DNA of 62,962 bases, the filler included, from Olpidium bornovanus S191 (lineage: Eukaryota > Fungi > Olpidiomycota), in the NCBI GenBank assembly GCA_017911155.1. It is 33 parts of 33 records of this genome, joined end to end, with 100 filler letters (N's around TTAATTAATTAA, not from the genome) between each part and the next. Parts side by side here need not be neighbours in the genome. Positions count along the whole stretch, not along the records: positions 58,584 to 61,729 come from JAEFCI010011251.1; positions 61,830 to 62,962 come from JAEFCI010009678.1; 31 more parts are not named here. The stretch is one strand, 5' to 3'. Positions 60,412 through 62,962 of this stretch are shown here, piece after piece; position 1 is the stretch's first letter; each line of letters opens with the position of its first letter. A model generated the notes under the pieces. It did no database searches and had not been told where the DNA came from. It worked only from the letters and a program-made list of their open reading frames with translations. The translations under genes were made by a program, and so were the position numbers.

Positions 60412-61729
60412 ATGCTCGCCTCAACCCTCCTTCGGCGAGATGGCCGCCTCTTCTTGAGGCTAGGCAAAGCGTGCGGGAAGGTCGGTCGACAGGGCCGCCT
60501 CCGGGGTCTCCCGACGCGAAAAGTTGCTCCGCTTGCCCGCGATCCCTTTCCGTTTACGACCTCGATTCGGTCTTTCGTTCGGTCTGACTGTTTTTCGACT
60601 TTGTGCGCGGAACCCGCGCCGAAAGAGCAGCCCTCTTTCCACGTCTCCGCCGCCCCCCGCGGCGCGCTCAGCGTCAAATCCGTGGGCGTCATCGGCGCCG
60701 GCCAAATGGGCATCGGAATCGCCTTCGTCGCCGCGGCGGTCGCGAAGCTGCCCGTGACGGTGCTGGACAAGAACGACGAGCAAATGAGGAAGGGCCTCGA
60801 TTTCCTGGGTGTGTGTGTGTGTGAAAAGTCTTCGCCGGCGTTTCGGGGCGTCCCTCCTAAAGTTTCAAAGGTCGTGCCGCGGCCGGGGAAAAAATGCTTC
60901 GGAACGGGCCTGTCCTCCCGCGCGGGACCCGCGGGCAGAATCCATTCTCGCGAAGGACGTGAAAAAGGGAAAGATTACCGAAGGCGACAAGAAGGACGCT
61001 CTCGGCCGGATCCGGACGACGAATGTCATCGAGGACTTCCGAGACGCCGACTGCGTCATCGAGGTATGCGCGCGAAACGCGCGCAATGGCGCGGCTGACG
61101 CGCCGAGAAAAAAAAAAAAAAAAAAAAAAAGCCGTCTCGGGCCCCTTACTGCGCCGCTCCTCGCCGTTTCGGTGCGTCCCGCAGGCGGTTTCGGAGATTC
61201 CCGCGCTCAAACGGGAGATTTTCAGCTCTCTCAGTCGGATCGCGAAGCCCAGCGCCATCCTGGCGTCCAATACATCCAGCATCAGCATCACCAAAATCGC
61301 CGCCGCGACGGGCAGGCCGGAGAACGTCATCGGAATGCATTTTATGAACCCAGGTGGCGATCCGGTCCGATATTTAGCCGCGCGGGCTCCGGGACTGGTC
61401 TTCGCCAGGTTATTCCCCAAGGTTCCTTCTGATCTAGTTTCCTTTCTTTGCATCGTTTTTCAGTCCCTGTTATGAAGCTCGTGGAAGTCATCCCCGGTCT
61501 GGCAACTTCGGATGAAACGGAGCGGATTACGGTTGCGCTTGCCGAAGCGATGGGCAAGACGGTCAGCAGGTCGGCGGACGTGCCCGGGTTCATTGCCAAC
61601 CGGCTGCTCATGCCCTTCATCAACGAGGCCGTCGTCGCTCTGCAGGAGAACGTTGCCACGAAGGAGCACATCGACCTTACAATGAAGCTCGGGACAAACC
61701 ACCCTATGGGCCCTCTCGCGCTGGCGGAC
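60412..61729 (+). CDS. 3-hydroxybutyryl-CoA dehydrogenase (3-hydroxyacyl-CoA dehydrogenase family), mitochondrial-type presequence, 3'-truncated
   Basis: Motifs are Rossmann [19 protein letters not shown]|[24 protein letters not shown]|[19 protein letters not shown] and [16 protein letters not shown]. The N-terminus is Arg-rich. Confidence 0.95.
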
Positions 61730-61839
61730 NNNNNNNNNNNNNNNNNNNNNNNNNNNNNNNNNNNNNNNNNNNNTTAATTAATTAANNNNNNNNNNNNNNN
61801 NNNNNNNNNNNNNNNNNNNNNNNNNNNNNCCCCCTCCCC

Positions 61840-61882
<43 letters not shown>

Positions 61883-62599
61883 CTGCCGCGGCGCGGTGTT
61901 TCGGGGCCCCCCCCCCCCCCCCCCCCCCCCCGGCTTTGGCCGGCGAAGGCGCGTGCGGGACGCGTGGGATCCGCGGGATTTTCTTGGCCGTCCGGCCAGC
62001 TCGCGGCCGTCCGCCAGGGCCTGCGCCGGGATGCCCTACCGGGCCGCCATATTGAAGGGGCCTAGAGCAAGACGTACACCGACGGACGATAGATCTGCAC
62101 GCGCCTCTCCTCGCCGTCTCCTTGACAACGCCCAGCGGGATGCTTCCCGGCCTCCGAAAACGCCGTATCGAACCGTTGGATGTGAATCAAGCTTCTGAGG
62201 TGGCTGGACCCGCTTTTTCCGAGGCGAAGCCCGGGGGAAGCCCAGGCAAGGGCGGTGGTTCCGTTGGCGCGCGCGCGGGGAGGGGGGGGGGGGGGGGAGG
62301 GGGGGGGGGGGCAGGAAATTCGCCCGGAGACGATCGGGCAATTTTTTTTTTTTGGCCCCCACCGGCTCGAACGACCGGCCGGGTTCGGCCGTTCCGAGGC
62401 GGGAAAACGCGCCTCTCGCCCCCCGAGGTCGCGGCCCTGTATTCGACACACACACTCCCTACCCCCGGCGGGCCCCGCGGCCCGTGCCCCCCCGCCCCCT
62501 TCGGCCGGACCGGACAGGACACGTTCGTGGGGGAAAGGGAATTTTTTTTTGTCGGATCGGTTATGCCCTGTGCTCCGCACCGTCCCCCGTTCCCCCTCG

Positions 62600-62644
<45 letters not shown>

Positions 62645-62832
62645 GAAACAAAAACACACACACGCCCCACCCACCACGAGGGTGAAGAAGAAATTGCCGA
62701 TCACGGGGGACCCCTGCTTCGCCGTGTGTCCTGTTTGCAAACTCACTTCGCCCCTCGCCTCCCGTTCTCCCCCGTTCGGAAAAAGAAAAAACGCCAGGCG
62801 TTTCTCTTTTCCCAATCCGCCCCCCCCCCTCC

Positions 62833-62867
<35 letters not shown>

Positions 62868-62962
62868 AAAAAAAAACCACCCCCCCCCCCCCCCCCCCCC
62901 CAAAGAAAAAAAAAAAAAAAAAAACAGAAAGGAATCCCTAACCCTGGCCGGGTATAAAAAAG

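Overview
This window is not one locus. It is 33 short contigs (about 1-4 kb) joined by 32 identical 100-bp artificial spacers (N44-TTAATTAATTAA-N44), so adjacency across a spacer has no biological meaning. The contigs come from a GC-rich, intron-rich eukaryote with very long poly(G/C) and poly(A/T) tracts. Fungal-type genes (Pcl/Pho85 cyclin, UPF0658 membrane protein) occur together with flagellar genes (EFHC2/Rib72, LRRC71-like, MDH1B-like, TSNAXIP1/CLHC1-like), which points to a zoosporic fungus (inference). Recognisable genes, mostly partial, are MRT4, a metal-dependent amidohydrolase, a BTB protein, a PTTG1IP-like PSI/TM protein, a Dap1/MAPR heme-binding protein, the DBP5 3' end, cytosolic AsnRS, an SLP-type phosphatase, RPT3, a TRAPPC11-like gene and 3-hydroxybutyryl-CoA dehydrogenase. 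Mobile-element remnants are three Ty1/Copia pieces and one piggyBac piece. The strongest lead is a Ty1/Copia pol fragment with an in-frame chromodomain (aromatic cage apparently intact) between the integrase SH3 domain and RT (48871-49653). Secondary leads are a spliced gene with two repeats resembling phage tail-stabilisation protein domains (53889-54793), an animal PTTG1IP-like gene, and CpG-biased decay of a Copia copy. All family assignments are from motif recognition by eye; no searches were run.
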